Positions 20,678 through 28,946 of a DNA stretch of 64,000 bases are shown one piece after another. Within the stretch, counting starts at the first letter, position 1, and every line of letters starts with the position of its first letter. This stretch comes from Acidobacteriota bacterium. Its GTDB lineage: Bacteria > Acidobacteriota > Blastocatellia > Pyrinomonadales > Pyrinomonadaceae. A program made the position numbers and the translations under genes. The notes beneath the pieces are model-generated. The model did not search any database. It saw nothing but the letters and a program-made list of their open reading frames with translations, and was not told the origin of the DNA. Location: positions 9,822 through 73,821 of the forward strand of contig JBQTHO010000016.1 of NCBI GenBank assembly GCA_052389795.1, in the 5' to 3' direction.

Positions 20678-21541
20678 ATGAGTTCAGCCGAAGAAACAAT
20701 CTCGACAAAGAGGACGGCTCAGGCTCCGATGCGCCTCTGGTTGCGGCAAATCGCGGCCATTATGCGGCTCGAGCTGAAGAAGAACTTCTTCGGCAAACGC
20801 GCCGTGCTGGTTTATCTGCTGACGCTCATGCCCATTGGCTTGCTGTTGATGATCGCGCTCTTGCCGCCGGTGGCGCGCGAGTGGCTCGACTTCAGCGAGT
20901 ATCCGAAACTGTTCTCGTTCATCTTCAACGGCTTCATCCTGCGAACGGTTGTCTTCTTCGGCTGCGCCTGGATCTTCATGAACCTGTTCCGCGGCGAAAT
21001 CGTCGATCGCAGCCTGCACTATTATTTTCTTTCGTCGGTCCATCGCGAAGTTCTCATAACCGGAAAATACATTTCGGGCTTAGTAACCTCGGCGGTGTTG
21101 TTTGTTGGCGTCACGGTTCTTTCGATGTTGCTGATGTTTTTCCCGCACTTCTATTCCGCGAGCATGCGCTTCTTCTTTGAAGGCGCAGGTATGTCGCAGT
21201 TGTTGACGTACGCCGGAATCACTCTGCTCGCATGCATCGGCTACGGCGCGTTCTTCATCGTCGTTGGTTTGTTCTTTCGTAACCCAATCATTCCGTCGCT
21301 GATGCTGTACGGCTGGGAATGGATTAACTTTCTGCTGCCCCCGGTCCTGAAGAAAGTCAGCGTCATTCACTATTTGAACTCGCTGGTGCCTGTCCCGGTC
21401 TCTGAAGGACCATTCGCCGTCATCGTTGAGCCGACGCCCGCCTATATCTCTGTCCCGGGATTGCTGATAGTCACTGCGGTGGTTTTGATTGCCGCAGGCA
21501 CGCGCATCCGCCGGATGGAGATTCGCTACGGCAGCGACTAG
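20678..21541 (+). CDS. ABC-2-type transporter permease (pair 2)
   Basis: 287 aa, 6 predicted TM helices. Follows ATPase 2. Confidence 0.75.
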   Translation: MSSAEETISTKRTAQAPMRLWLRQIAAIMRLELKKNFFGKRAVLVYLLTLMPIGLLLMIALLPPVAREWLDFSEYPKLFSFIFNGFILRTVVFFGCAWIFMNLFRGEIVDRSLHYYFLSSVHREVLITGKYISGLVTSAVLFVGVTVLSMLLMFFPHFYSASMRFFFEGAGMSQLLTYAGITLLACIGYGAFFIVVGLFFRNPIIPSLMLYGWEWINFLLPPVLKKVSVIHYLNSLVPVPVSEGPFAVIVEPTPAYISVPGLLIVTAVVLIAAGTRIRRMEIRYGSD

Positions 21542-21582
21542 ACTGGAGCCCAACCGGAGCTGCGGAATGCTGCCCTTTGCAT

Positions 21583-21728
21583 CTCATTAACACCTCGCTT
21601 TAGCGAGGTGTTTTTGTGCGGTTATTAGGACAGGAACCGTTTTCAACGGTTTTACTAAGGAGCCCTTAAAACGGCTCCCAAAACTCCGGGCGGCCAGACA
21701 CCTCGCTGAAGCGAGGTGTTAATGAGAG
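21583..21728. repeat. Fam-C element (full copy with inverted ends)
   Basis: Ends CTCATTAACACCTCGCTTTAGCGAGGTG and CACCTCGCTGAAGCGAGGTGTTAATGAGAG. Internal hairpins AACCGTTTTCAACGGTT and GAGCCCTTAAAACGGCTC. Confidence 0.8.
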
Positions 21729-21805
21729 GTCGTTTTCATACATTGACGGCATCATAATCTGGTATTCTTCGGCCGTTTTAAGGCGCTTCAGATCGAGGAT
21801 TAGTT

Positions 21806-24256
21806 ATGAAACTCCGATTCCCGCGCGACCCTCACTCTCAATCACTGGCTCTGGTTTTGGCCCTCGCCATCTTTGCCACGCCGCTACGGGCGCAGCAGCA
21901 ACCCGCTTCACCGCCGCCATTGCAGCCGGAAGCCGCAACCAAGCCAGAGCCAACATTCGACACGTTGCTGTCGACAAACAGCTACAAAATGTATGTCGAA
22001 GTGCGCAACGTGGGGACGCTGCTGACGACGGGAGGCGCAGGGGAGATAATTGACCCCATCGTCAAACTTGCTGATCCAGGGCCGCAACTAAAGTCGCTGG
22101 TCAAATTTCTCAGGGACAATGCGGAACCCTTGGCGGGCTCTAGACTGATGGTTGCGAGCTGGCCGGTGCGCAGTGACATTCCTTCGACAATGGCCGCGCT
22201 CGAATTCGCATCGGCAGACGAGGCCGCGAAATTTGCGCCGAAGCTCGAGACGTTTTTGCCGACAGTTTTGCCGCCGGTCCCGGTTGACGAGCCGACGCCC
22301 GAGAGTTCTCCGCCAGCTGATGCGAAAACTGAAGCTGCTCCCGCAAAATCGACCGAGGCAAGAACCAAACCCGCGCCGCCTATAGCGGCGAAACCGAAAG
22401 CCTCTCCAGCGCCGCGCGCAATGCGCTCACCTTTTGTGCTTACGCAAGCGGGCTCGCTGGTCTTCATCAGCGACCGAGCTTTCAGGATCGAGAAGCTGCA
22501 TCCGCCTGACACCGCGCTGCTTTCCGAAGATAAAAATTTTCGCGTCGCGCGCGATCGGTTTGCCGCCGAACCGTTGTTTCTTTTTTTCAATGTCGCTTTG
22601 GAGGACCGAAACGCGCCGAAGCCCTCGCCGACGCCGGTCATTTCCGACGAAGAACGCGAGCGCATCGCACGCGAACAGGAAGCCGAGATTCAAAGGTTAG
22701 CTGAAAAGGCGAACGCTTCCCAGCAGAAGACTACCGAAGGCGTGGCGGTGGATATGACGCCGCAAGGACCCAAGGTAACGGCGGTACTTACGGCCGGCCC
22801 TTCGGCGTCACCGACTCCGACGCCGACAAAAGAACAGCAAGCGCAGACGGTGGCTTCGAACCAAATCGGCAGCATGTTGAGCATGCTGGGCCAGGGACAG
22901 CCACAATGGCCTGAGGCGATTGGCGTCGCGCTCGTGCTCGATAACGATGAATTCGCGGTGCGCGCAATTCTGATTCAGAAGGAAAACGCGAAAACCCTGC
23001 CCATCCCGTTTGTGCCGCAATTGATCTCAGGTCCAGCGGTGGCGTCCGAAGCGGCATCCATTCTCCCTGACGACACTGAAGCGTTGGTCACGGCCTCGAT
23101 TGATTTCGGCAGCACCTATCATGAAATGAAGAAGCAGGCCGAAGCGACTCTGAAGCAATCAAGACAGCTGGCTGCATCCGTCACGTCTGAGAATGCCATG
23201 GACGCATTCGCGCAATTCGAAAAGAAGGCTAACCTTAAAATTACTGACGAGCTGTTGCCGGTCCTCGGAAACGAGTTGGCAATCGGCGCGTCACTGAAGC
23301 AGGCCAACATGGCGAACGTGATGGGCGTGCCGACACCGCCCGCGAAGACTTCCAGTGATCCGAAAGACAAGAACAAGCCAGAGCCCATGCCGATCGTTCT
23401 TATCGGAATAAAGAATCGAGAGGCGGCGCGGCGGCTGATGCCGCGCGTGTTCGAAGGTCTCGGTATCGGCGAAGCTAATTTTTTGGCGCAGAACGAGCGC
23501 CGCGGCGACAGCGAGATTGTCAGCTACGCCGGCATCTTCTCGTACGCGTTCGTCGGCAACTTTCTGGTGCTCTCGGATTCGGAAACGGTGCGCAAAGTCG
23601 CGGATGCAAACATAAGCGGCACTACTTTGGGTGCGAACAATACTTTCCGCAGCGCCCGGCACTGGCAGCCGCGGCAAACTCTGGGTGAAATATATGTTTC
23701 GCCCGTGCTAATGGAGGGCTATCAGGAACAAATCGGGAAGCAGGCGGCGTCGATGGATCCGGCGATGCGTGATTTTCTGATGAAGCTGAGTCCAAAGGCG
23801 AGTGCGATTACTTACACGCTTTCGCACGACGGGCTTGGCTCGCTCCATGAGTTGCACCTGCCGAAGAACCTGATTCTGGCGATGGTCGCCGGCACCAGCG
23901 CGACAATGTCGGCGATGAAGGAAGGCTCGCCGGAAATGAACGAGATGATTGCGATCAGCGTGTTGCACATGATTGCGAACGGAGAAGAGAATTACAAAAA
24001 GACCGCCGGCAACGGAAGTTACGGCAACATCGACGAACTGGTTGAGCACAAACACTTAGGCAGAGAGATGTTGGACAAGTACGGCTACCGGTTCGTAATC
24101 TCGACAAATGGAAACGGCTTTGAAGCTGTGGCCACGCCGGTTGAGTACGGCAAGTCGGGCAAGCGTTCTTTCTTCATCGATCAATCCAGAGTCGTACGCG
24201 GTGACGATAAGGGTGGGGGCCCGGCAACTATCGCGGATAAACCGGTGGAGCAGTAA
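21806..24256 (+). CDS. large secreted protein (816 aa) with a Pro/Ala-rich linker and a pilin-like C-terminal globular region
   Basis: Signal peptide [18 protein letters not shown]. Modules resembling the anti-sigma C-terminal domain ([10 protein letters not shown]...[15 protein letters not shown]...[17 protein letters not shown]), possibly DUF3352-like from memory. The C-terminus ([35 protein letters not shown]) resembles pseudopilin globular domains. Confidence 0.75.
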   Translation: MKLRFPRDPHSQSLALVLALAIFATPLRAQQQPASPPPLQPEAATKPEPTFDTLLSTNSYKMYVEVRNVGTLLTTGGAGEIIDPIVKLADPGPQLKSLVKFLRDNAEPLAGSRLMVASWPVRSDIPSTMAALEFASADEAAKFAPKLETFLPTVLPPVPVDEPTPESSPPADAKTEAAPAKSTEARTKPAPPIAAKPKASPAPRAMRSPFVLTQAGSLVFISDRAFRIEKLHPPDTALLSEDKNFRVARDRFAAEPLFLFFNVALEDRNAPKPSPTPVISDEERERIAREQEAEIQRLAEKANASQQKTTEGVAVDMTPQGPKVTAVLTAGPSASPTPTPTKEQQAQTVASNQIGSMLSMLGQGQPQWPEAIGVALVLDNDEFAVRAILIQKENAKTLPIPFVPQLISGPAVASEAASILPDDTEALVTASIDFGSTYHEMKKQAEATLKQSRQLAASVTSENAMDAFAQFEKKANLKITDELLPVLGNELAIGASLKQANMANVMGVPTPPAKTSSDPKDKNKPEPMPIVLIGIKNREAARRLMPRVFEGLGIGEANFLAQNERRGDSEIVSYAGIFSYAFVGNFLVLSDSETVRKVADANISGTTLGANNTFRSARHWQPRQTLGEIYVSPVLMEGYQEQIGKQAASMDPAMRDFLMKLSPKASAITYTLSHDGLGSLHELHLPKNLILAMVAGTSATMSAMKEGSPEMNEMIAISVLHMIANGEENYKKTAGNGSYGNIDELVEHKHLGREMLDKYGYRFVISTNGNGFEAVATPVEYGKSGKRSFFIDQSRVVRGDDKGGGPATIADKPVEQ

Positions 24257-24365
24257 GCAGTAGGCAGTAAGCAGTGAGCAGTAAGCAGTGAGCATTAAGC
24301 AGTAAGCAGTAGGCAGCGCGCAGTAAGCAGTGAGCATTAAGCAGTAAGCAGTAGGCAGCGCGCAG
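24251..24365 (+). repeat. tandem heptamer array GCAGTRR (about 16 units, including a ~44-nt higher-order duplication) starting at the stop codon
   Basis: CAGTAAGCAGTAGGCAGTAAGCAGTGAGCAGTAAGCAGTGAGCATTAAGCAGTAAGCAGTAGGCAGCGCG... TAA/TAG/TGA recurs every 7 nt, so stops rotate through all three frames. Confidence 0.9.
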
Positions 24366-24436
24366 ATTTCATTAACACCGGGCTTTAGCCAGGTGACAGA
24401 AGGCACAATGAGTCACAGAAACCGTTTCAACGGTTT
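24366..24436. repeat. Fam-C element (partial)
   Basis: TCATTAACACCGGGCTTTAGCCAGGTG plus AACCGTTTCAACGGTTT. Confidence 0.7.
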
Positions 24437-24449
24437 CCTCTTCAGCGCT

Positions 24450-24758
24450 ATGTCAACCAACCTAACGGAACAAGAATTCTCAAAACACGTCGACACGCAA
24501 TTCAAGATTGCGTTGGCCGAGGGCGAACTCGGTCTCACGCTCGTCGAAGTAAAAGCCTATATGCCCGGTGAGAACGAACAAGACGGCATGGAGCGGTTCT
24601 CAGTTTTTTTTGATGGCCCCGGGGACATCGTCCTTCCTCAGAAAACCTACCAGCTTGAACACGACAAGATGGGTACCATTGATCTTTTTCTGGTGCCGAT
24701 CAGGGGCGACCAGAATGGGTTTCGATACGAGGCGGTGTTCAATTATTACAAGACCTAG
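24450..24758 (+). CDS. small conserved hypothetical protein (102 aa)
   Basis: The ORF is open from 24393, but its first 19 codons are Fam-C repeat sequence; the ATG at 24450 gives MSTNLTEQEF. The pattern L.LVEV...ERFSVFFDGP...LPQKTYQLEH..MGTIDLFLVPI...YEAVFN resembles a recurrent ~100-aa family (possibly DUF6916, from memory only). Confidence 0.6.
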   Translation: MSTNLTEQEFSKHVDTQFKIALAEGELGLTLVEVKAYMPGENEQDGMERFSVFFDGPGDIVLPQKTYQLEHDKMGTIDLFLVPIRGDQNGFRYEAVFNYYKT

Positions 24759-24788
24759 TGATGAGTAATGAGTAATGAGTGATGAGTC
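24756..24788 (+). repeat. tandem heptamer array TGAGTAA-like at the gene's 3' end
   Basis: TAGTGATGAGTAATGAGTAATGAGTGATGAGTC. Nine stop triplets covering all three frames. Confidence 0.85.
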
Positions 24789-24839
24789 GGCAACCCCTTT
24801 ACACCCTAATCCCACAGGAGGAACCCCAGGGCTCAGAGA

Positions 24840-25127
24840 ATTGAAAAGTTTGAGGACTTCATCGCTTGGCAGAAAGCACGGGCACTCACTCGCGAGATTT
24901 ACCGGATTACAAACTTGCCTGCATTTTCACGCGACTTCGGTTTGAAAGATCAGATCAGGAGATCCGCCGTCTCGATCATGTCGAACATTGCTGAAGGCTT
25001 TGAACGAGGACGTCCTTCAGAGTTTCATCAGTTTCTGTCGATCGCGAAAGCATCCTGCGCTGAACTTCGTTCGCAGCTTTATGTGGCCCTCGATGCGGAG
25101 TACATCGTACACCGAATGGCACGGTGA
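24840..25127 (+). pseudogene. four-helix-bundle protein (23S rRNA intervening-sequence protein family) lacking a start codon and the C-terminal ~25-30 aa
   Basis: [25 protein letters not shown]...[52 protein letters not shown] is typical of the family. No ATG/GTG/TTG lies in frame between the upstream stop (24807) and codon L26. Homology ends near 25106, followed by VHRMAR and a stop. Confidence 0.6.
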
Positions 25128-26083
25128 TACCGGCGCGTGGGCATTACCTGCTCGTCGGCTCGGCTTACAGCCTGACGAACTATGGCGGGACAGGCGCCGC
25201 GGCCGGCAATCTGACCTTAAGTTCCGATATCGAGACTGACGGGAACGTTGGGCTGTTCTCGACTTCGAGTGTGACCGGCATCTCTTCAGTGAACCGGCTG
25301 GATGCGGTTGGATTTGGGTCGAACACGGGCGGCAACTGTGACCTGTTAAGAGAGGGCACGAACCTACCGCCGATTGCCGGCAATGCGACGATCGAGCACA
25401 GCTACTTCCGGAAGATGTGCGACTGGATCCAGGGATCGGGTTGTACGGTGCCCGGAGTTCCGAAGGACACCAACGACAACTCGGTTGATTTCTGGCTGGC
25501 AGATACGGCCGGATCAGCCATCACGGGCCGGTTGGGGGCTCCGGGTCCGGAGAACCTTGCGTCACCGATCAGACGTGACAACGCGGGCATCAACATGGTT
25601 GTCCTTGACGGTGCTGTCGGGACAGGAGCACAGCCGAACCGGCAGCGTGACGGCGGCGATCCGGCAGGCTCGTTCGGCACGATGACGCTTCGCTATCGCG
25701 TCATCAACAACACGGGGGGTAACGTGACGCGGTTGCGTTATCGCGTCGTGGACATCAGTACGGCGATCCAGCCGGCTGGTTCCACTGCCGATCTGCGGGC
25801 GCTGACGTCCAGTGTTCAAACCGTTGGTCCAGTGAACGACTCGGCTACCTGTACGGCCGTCGGCGCCGGCTCGCCACCCTGTACCGTGACTGTGACCGCG
25901 ACGACGCTGGAGCAGCCACCGGCTCAAGCTATCGGTGGTGGGTATAACTCGACGCTGTCCTCCGGCACCATCACCACGGGCTCGCCGCTGCTTAATGGCG
26001 CTTCGATCCTGATCCACTTCAAGCTCGGTGTCGAAAAGACCGGCACCTTCCGCTTCTACATCATCGTAGAAGCGCTGCCGTAA
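25124..26083 (+). CDS. C-terminal fragment of a lamin-tail-domain (LTD)-like secreted protein, probably 5'-truncated
   Basis: Begins mid-domain ([16 protein letters not shown]...DGNVGLFS...RLDAVGFG is the distal half of an LTD-like fold). No signal peptide. Same-frame similarity seems to extend upstream to about 25110, with no start there. Confidence 0.55.
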   Translation: MIPARGHYLLVGSAYSLTNYGGTGAAAGNLTLSSDIETDGNVGLFSTSSVTGISSVNRLDAVGFGSNTGGNCDLLREGTNLPPIAGNATIEHSYFRKMCDWIQGSGCTVPGVPKDTNDNSVDFWLADTAGSAITGRLGAPGPENLASPIRRDNAGINMVVLDGAVGTGAQPNRQRDGGDPAGSFGTMTLRYRVINNTGGNVTRLRYRVVDISTAIQPAGSTADLRALTSSVQTVGPVNDSATCTAVGAGSPPCTVTVTATTLEQPPAQAIGGGYNSTLSSGTITTGSPLLNGASILIHFKLGVEKTGTFRFYIIVEALP

Positions 26084-26141
26084 GGCAGTGGGCAGTCAGC
26101 AGTCAGCAGTGAACAGTACTATTACTCGCTGCTAACATACA

Positions 26142-26184
26142 GGCCGCGTGAAGATTCGCTCTTCACGCGGCCTATTTCTTTGTT
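26142..26184 (+). terminator. Rho-independent terminator
   Basis: 12-bp stem GGCCGCGTGAAG/CTTCACGCGGCC, 7-nt loop, then TATTTCTTTGTT. Confidence 0.75.
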
Positions 26185-26212
26185 CAGAGCCACCTACGGT
26201 TTTTCGCGAGCC

Positions 26213-26443
26213 AGAGATTCTTAGCACACGCGATGAGTGTCATTCACACCTTGCTCGCTGCAATGGCTCGGCCTCTCTGATGCGCGGCAAGGTCTGCGAC
26301 TTGCCGGCAACGAACCCTTCTTTTTTCATCGGGTCTTCGACCCGCACCGGTCAAAGACCGCTGTGACTAAATGCGCCACGTATCGGCAAGTCCGAGACTT
26401 GCCGCGCATCCGAGTGGCAGAGCCATTCGTGGTGATGAGTCAT
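26213..26443. repeat. composite nested palindrome in a 526-nt non-coding gap
   Basis: CTCTGATGCGCGGCAAGGTCTGCGACTTGCCG (26275) pairs with CGGCAAGTCCGAGACTTGCCGCGCATCCGAG (26384). CAATGGCTCGGCC pairs with GGCAGAGCCATTC. Each arm is itself a hairpin. Confidence 0.7.
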
Positions 26444-26453
26444 GTATATAAAT

Positions 26454-26551
26454 GCCGTTTTAACGGTTTGTGGGAAGCCCGTTGAAACGGCTGCTGAATT
26501 CGTTTCACCTGGCACCCGCGCCACCTCGCTGAAGCGAGGTGTGAACGAGAG
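26454..26551. repeat. Fam-C element
   Basis: GCCGTTTTAACGGTTT, GCCCGTTGAAACGGCT, then CACCTCGCTGAAGCGAGGTGTGAACGAGAG. Confidence 0.8.
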
Positions 26552-26609
26552 TCAGCTCATAGTCTTGGTGCGACGACAACTGAGGATGAATACAGGAAGG
26601 CGACGGTTC

Positions 26610-28544
26610 TTACAGGTTCTCGATCTGCACCGGTTCGACTTCGTCCGCCAGTTCAAATCCAAATACGCGCGAATAGAAATACAACTCGCCGTCGAGCGAT
26701 CGCTTGATGTTCTCAGCGCGGCGAAAACCGTGCTGCTCGCCTTCGAACGCGATGTAGGCGACGGGGACCTTCTTCTTACGAAGCGCTTCGACCATCATTT
26801 CAGACTGGTTCGGCAGAACGATCTTATCCTCCAGACCCTGAAAGAAGATGATCGGGCAGGAGAGTTGATCCGCGAAGTGCACCGGCGAGCGCTCGATGTA
26901 AAGATCACGACGCTCGGGATACGGGCCGACCAACGAGCGTGAATAGCGTGACTCGAACTTATGTGTGTCCAGCTCCAGGGCTTCCAGGTCGCTGACGCCG
27001 TAGTAGCTGGCGCCCGCTTTAAAGACGTCGCGAAACGTCAGCGCGCACAGCGTCGTGTAGCCGCCCGCGCTACCCCCGTCAATCGTCAAACGGTTGCCAT
27101 CCACGCGTCCGGTCTTGACCAGGAATTTCGCGCCGTTGACGCAATCATCGACGTCCACGATTCCCCAAGTGCCATTCAGCCGCCGGCGGTACGCGGTGCC
27201 GTAACCGGTGCCGCCGCCGTAATTTACATCCAGCACTGCGATGCCCCGGCTGGTCCAATATTGAATTCCCAGCGCCAGCACGGCTACGGCAGCAGAGGTT
27301 GGTCCGCCGTGGCTCTTCACCAACAGCGGCGGCCGTTCGCCGTCTGGCGCCGCAAAATCTTTGTTCGTCGGCGCGTAGTAGAAAGCATGCGCAGTCTGGC
27401 CGTTCTCAGTCGGGAACTCAACCGGTTCGGCGACGGCGATATAACCCGGATCGACCTCGATCTTGTTCGCACGCTGGAGCACCTTTGTCTGCCGCGTCGC
27501 GAGATCCATTTCGACGATCGAGAAAGGCTCAGTTGGAGAACCAGCGCGGAAAACAGCGCGGCCGGGCGCGGCGCAGACGAAAGAAATTTCCGTGTAAGGC
27601 GTTTCGATTCGATCGAGCTTTCCAGTGTGCGTGTCGAGTAGTCCAAGCTTCCAAATGCCGCGTTCACTGAAGGTGCACACGATTCGATCAGCCGATTCAA
27701 AGGCGTAGGTCGACAGGCCAAAGATCCATTGCGGCGCGCCGAACTCGGCTTCCATTTCGCAGATACACTCGACTGAGCCGTCGTCATTCGCGCGATAAAT
27801 ATTCCACCAGCCCGATGCGTCTGAAACGAAATGGAGCTTGCCGTCGGGCGACCACTCTGGCTGGAAGATCGATTCGTCTCCTCCGCCGGCGACGCAGCGC
27901 GGGTTGCGGATGCTGCCATCCGCGGCGAACTCACCGACCCAAACTTCAGAGCCGTCCCAGGGCATGTTCGGATGTCGCCACGTTAGCCACGAAAGTTTTG
28001 AGCCGTCAGGGCTGAGGCGCGGACTTGAATAAAAATCATTCCCGGAAATCAGCACCTCACCCGGGTCGTTGGCTGCGAGTGAAACCGCGACAATTGTGTT
28101 GACGGCTTCGCGATCTTGCGCGGTGTGGTCCTCGCGCACGCAAATCAAGCGATTGCGCTTTTCGTCAAAGACACTGTCGGCGTAACGCATCGCATCGCCC
28201 GCCCTGTCGCTCGTAATCATCCGAGGCGCATCGCCAACGCGCTGGTGATAAAGCTGCTGGTCAGTGAAGCTCGAAAAGAAGCCGGCGCCTTTGTGGATCA
28301 GGTATTCGCCACCGCCGTATTCGTGCGCACGCGTGCGGGCATTCATCTCGCGGGGCGTCAGATCATGCATTTGGCTGTCAGGCGTCCGGCGCACGATAAC
28401 CTGCCGGCCGCCTTCTGACGGTCGCAATTCGATCCAATAGATGTCATCGCCGTCGAGCCTGACCTGAAACAAGCCGATCGACCCTTTTACAATAAGGTCG
28501 GAAGTAATCGGCGATTTCCACGATCCGTAAGGAGCAGTTTCCAT
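26610..28544 (-). CDS. S9 family serine peptidase (cytoplasmic, dipeptidyl-aminopeptidase / acylaminoacyl-peptidase type)
   Basis: 644 aa. N-terminus [16 protein letters not shown]. Propeller repeats ([22 protein letters not shown]). Nucleophile GGSAGGYT. C-terminal FEGEQHGF. Confidence 0.9.
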   Translation of the reverse strand: METAPYGSWKSPITSDLIVKGSIGLFQVRLDGDDIYWIELRPSEGGRQVIVRRTPDSQMHDLTPREMNARTRAHEYGGGEYLIHKGAGFFSSFTDQQLYHQRVGDAPRMITSDRAGDAMRYADSVFDEKRNRLICVREDHTAQDREAVNTIVAVSLAANDPGEVLISGNDFYSSPRLSPDGSKLSWLTWRHPNMPWDGSEVWVGEFAADGSIRNPRCVAGGGDESIFQPEWSPDGKLHFVSDASGWWNIYRANDDGSVECICEMEAEFGAPQWIFGLSTYAFESADRIVCTFSERGIWKLGLLDTHTGKLDRIETPYTEISFVCAAPGRAVFRAGSPTEPFSIVEMDLATRQTKVLQRANKIEVDPGYIAVAEPVEFPTENGQTAHAFYYAPTNKDFAAPDGERPPLLVKSHGGPTSAAVAVLALGIQYWTSRGIAVLDVNYGGGTGYGTAYRRRLNGTWGIVDVDDCVNGAKFLVKTGRVDGNRLTIDGGSAGGYTTLCALTFRDVFKAGASYYGVSDLEALELDTHKFESRYSRSLVGPYPERRDLYIERSPVHFADQLSCPIIFFQGLEDKIVLPNQSEMMVEALRKKKVPVAYIAFEGEQHGFRRAENIKRSLDGELYFYSRVFGFELADEVEPVQIENL

Positions 28545-28616
28545 GGTTTATACGGCTAGCGGGAAAGACGGATTATGGACGGAACGAAAAAAACTGCAAG
28601 TCAGAATTTGAGATTC

Positions 28617-28691
28617 AGCCACCGATGAACACAGATCTCACAGATAGAAGAATCGGATTCATGTCTGTGCCGTCGTGTCTATCTGCGGCTG
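28617..28691. repeat. Fam-F heptamer-arm inverted repeat (CACAGAT type)
   Basis: CAGCCACCGATGAACACAGATCTCACAGATAG pairs with GTCTGTGCCGTCGTGTCTATCTGCGGCTG. Confidence 0.65.
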
Positions 28692-28946
28692 ATTTCGTTG
28701 TTGACGGGATGCTGCTACCGCACAAAAGCAAGGGCGCCAACCTCCCCCAAAGTTGGCGCCCTACCCTTCAGTCTCAGTTCTCACAAGGAGAATCAATGAA
28801 TGAACGGATGCTAAGCCCTTTCTAAAGGCCAAGGGTTGCAGAAGTATTGCGACAAACTTGTGAACATATGTTCTCTAAAATAATTTGGACTGTTGACGAG
28901 ACGAGGCAAGAAGCATAAGAATCTTCCCCGAAATCGGAGGTGCTTC

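Noticed and set aside
24251-24365. Possible CRISPR array. This covers the tandem GCAGTRR repeats here and the GTTTAGAG-containing Fam-D elements at 12485, 14318 and 20598, whose first bases recall type II repeat starts.
   Set aside because: The units are 7 nt with no spacers. The Fam-D copies are single, kilobases apart, palindromic and lack unique spacers. No cas genes are in the window.
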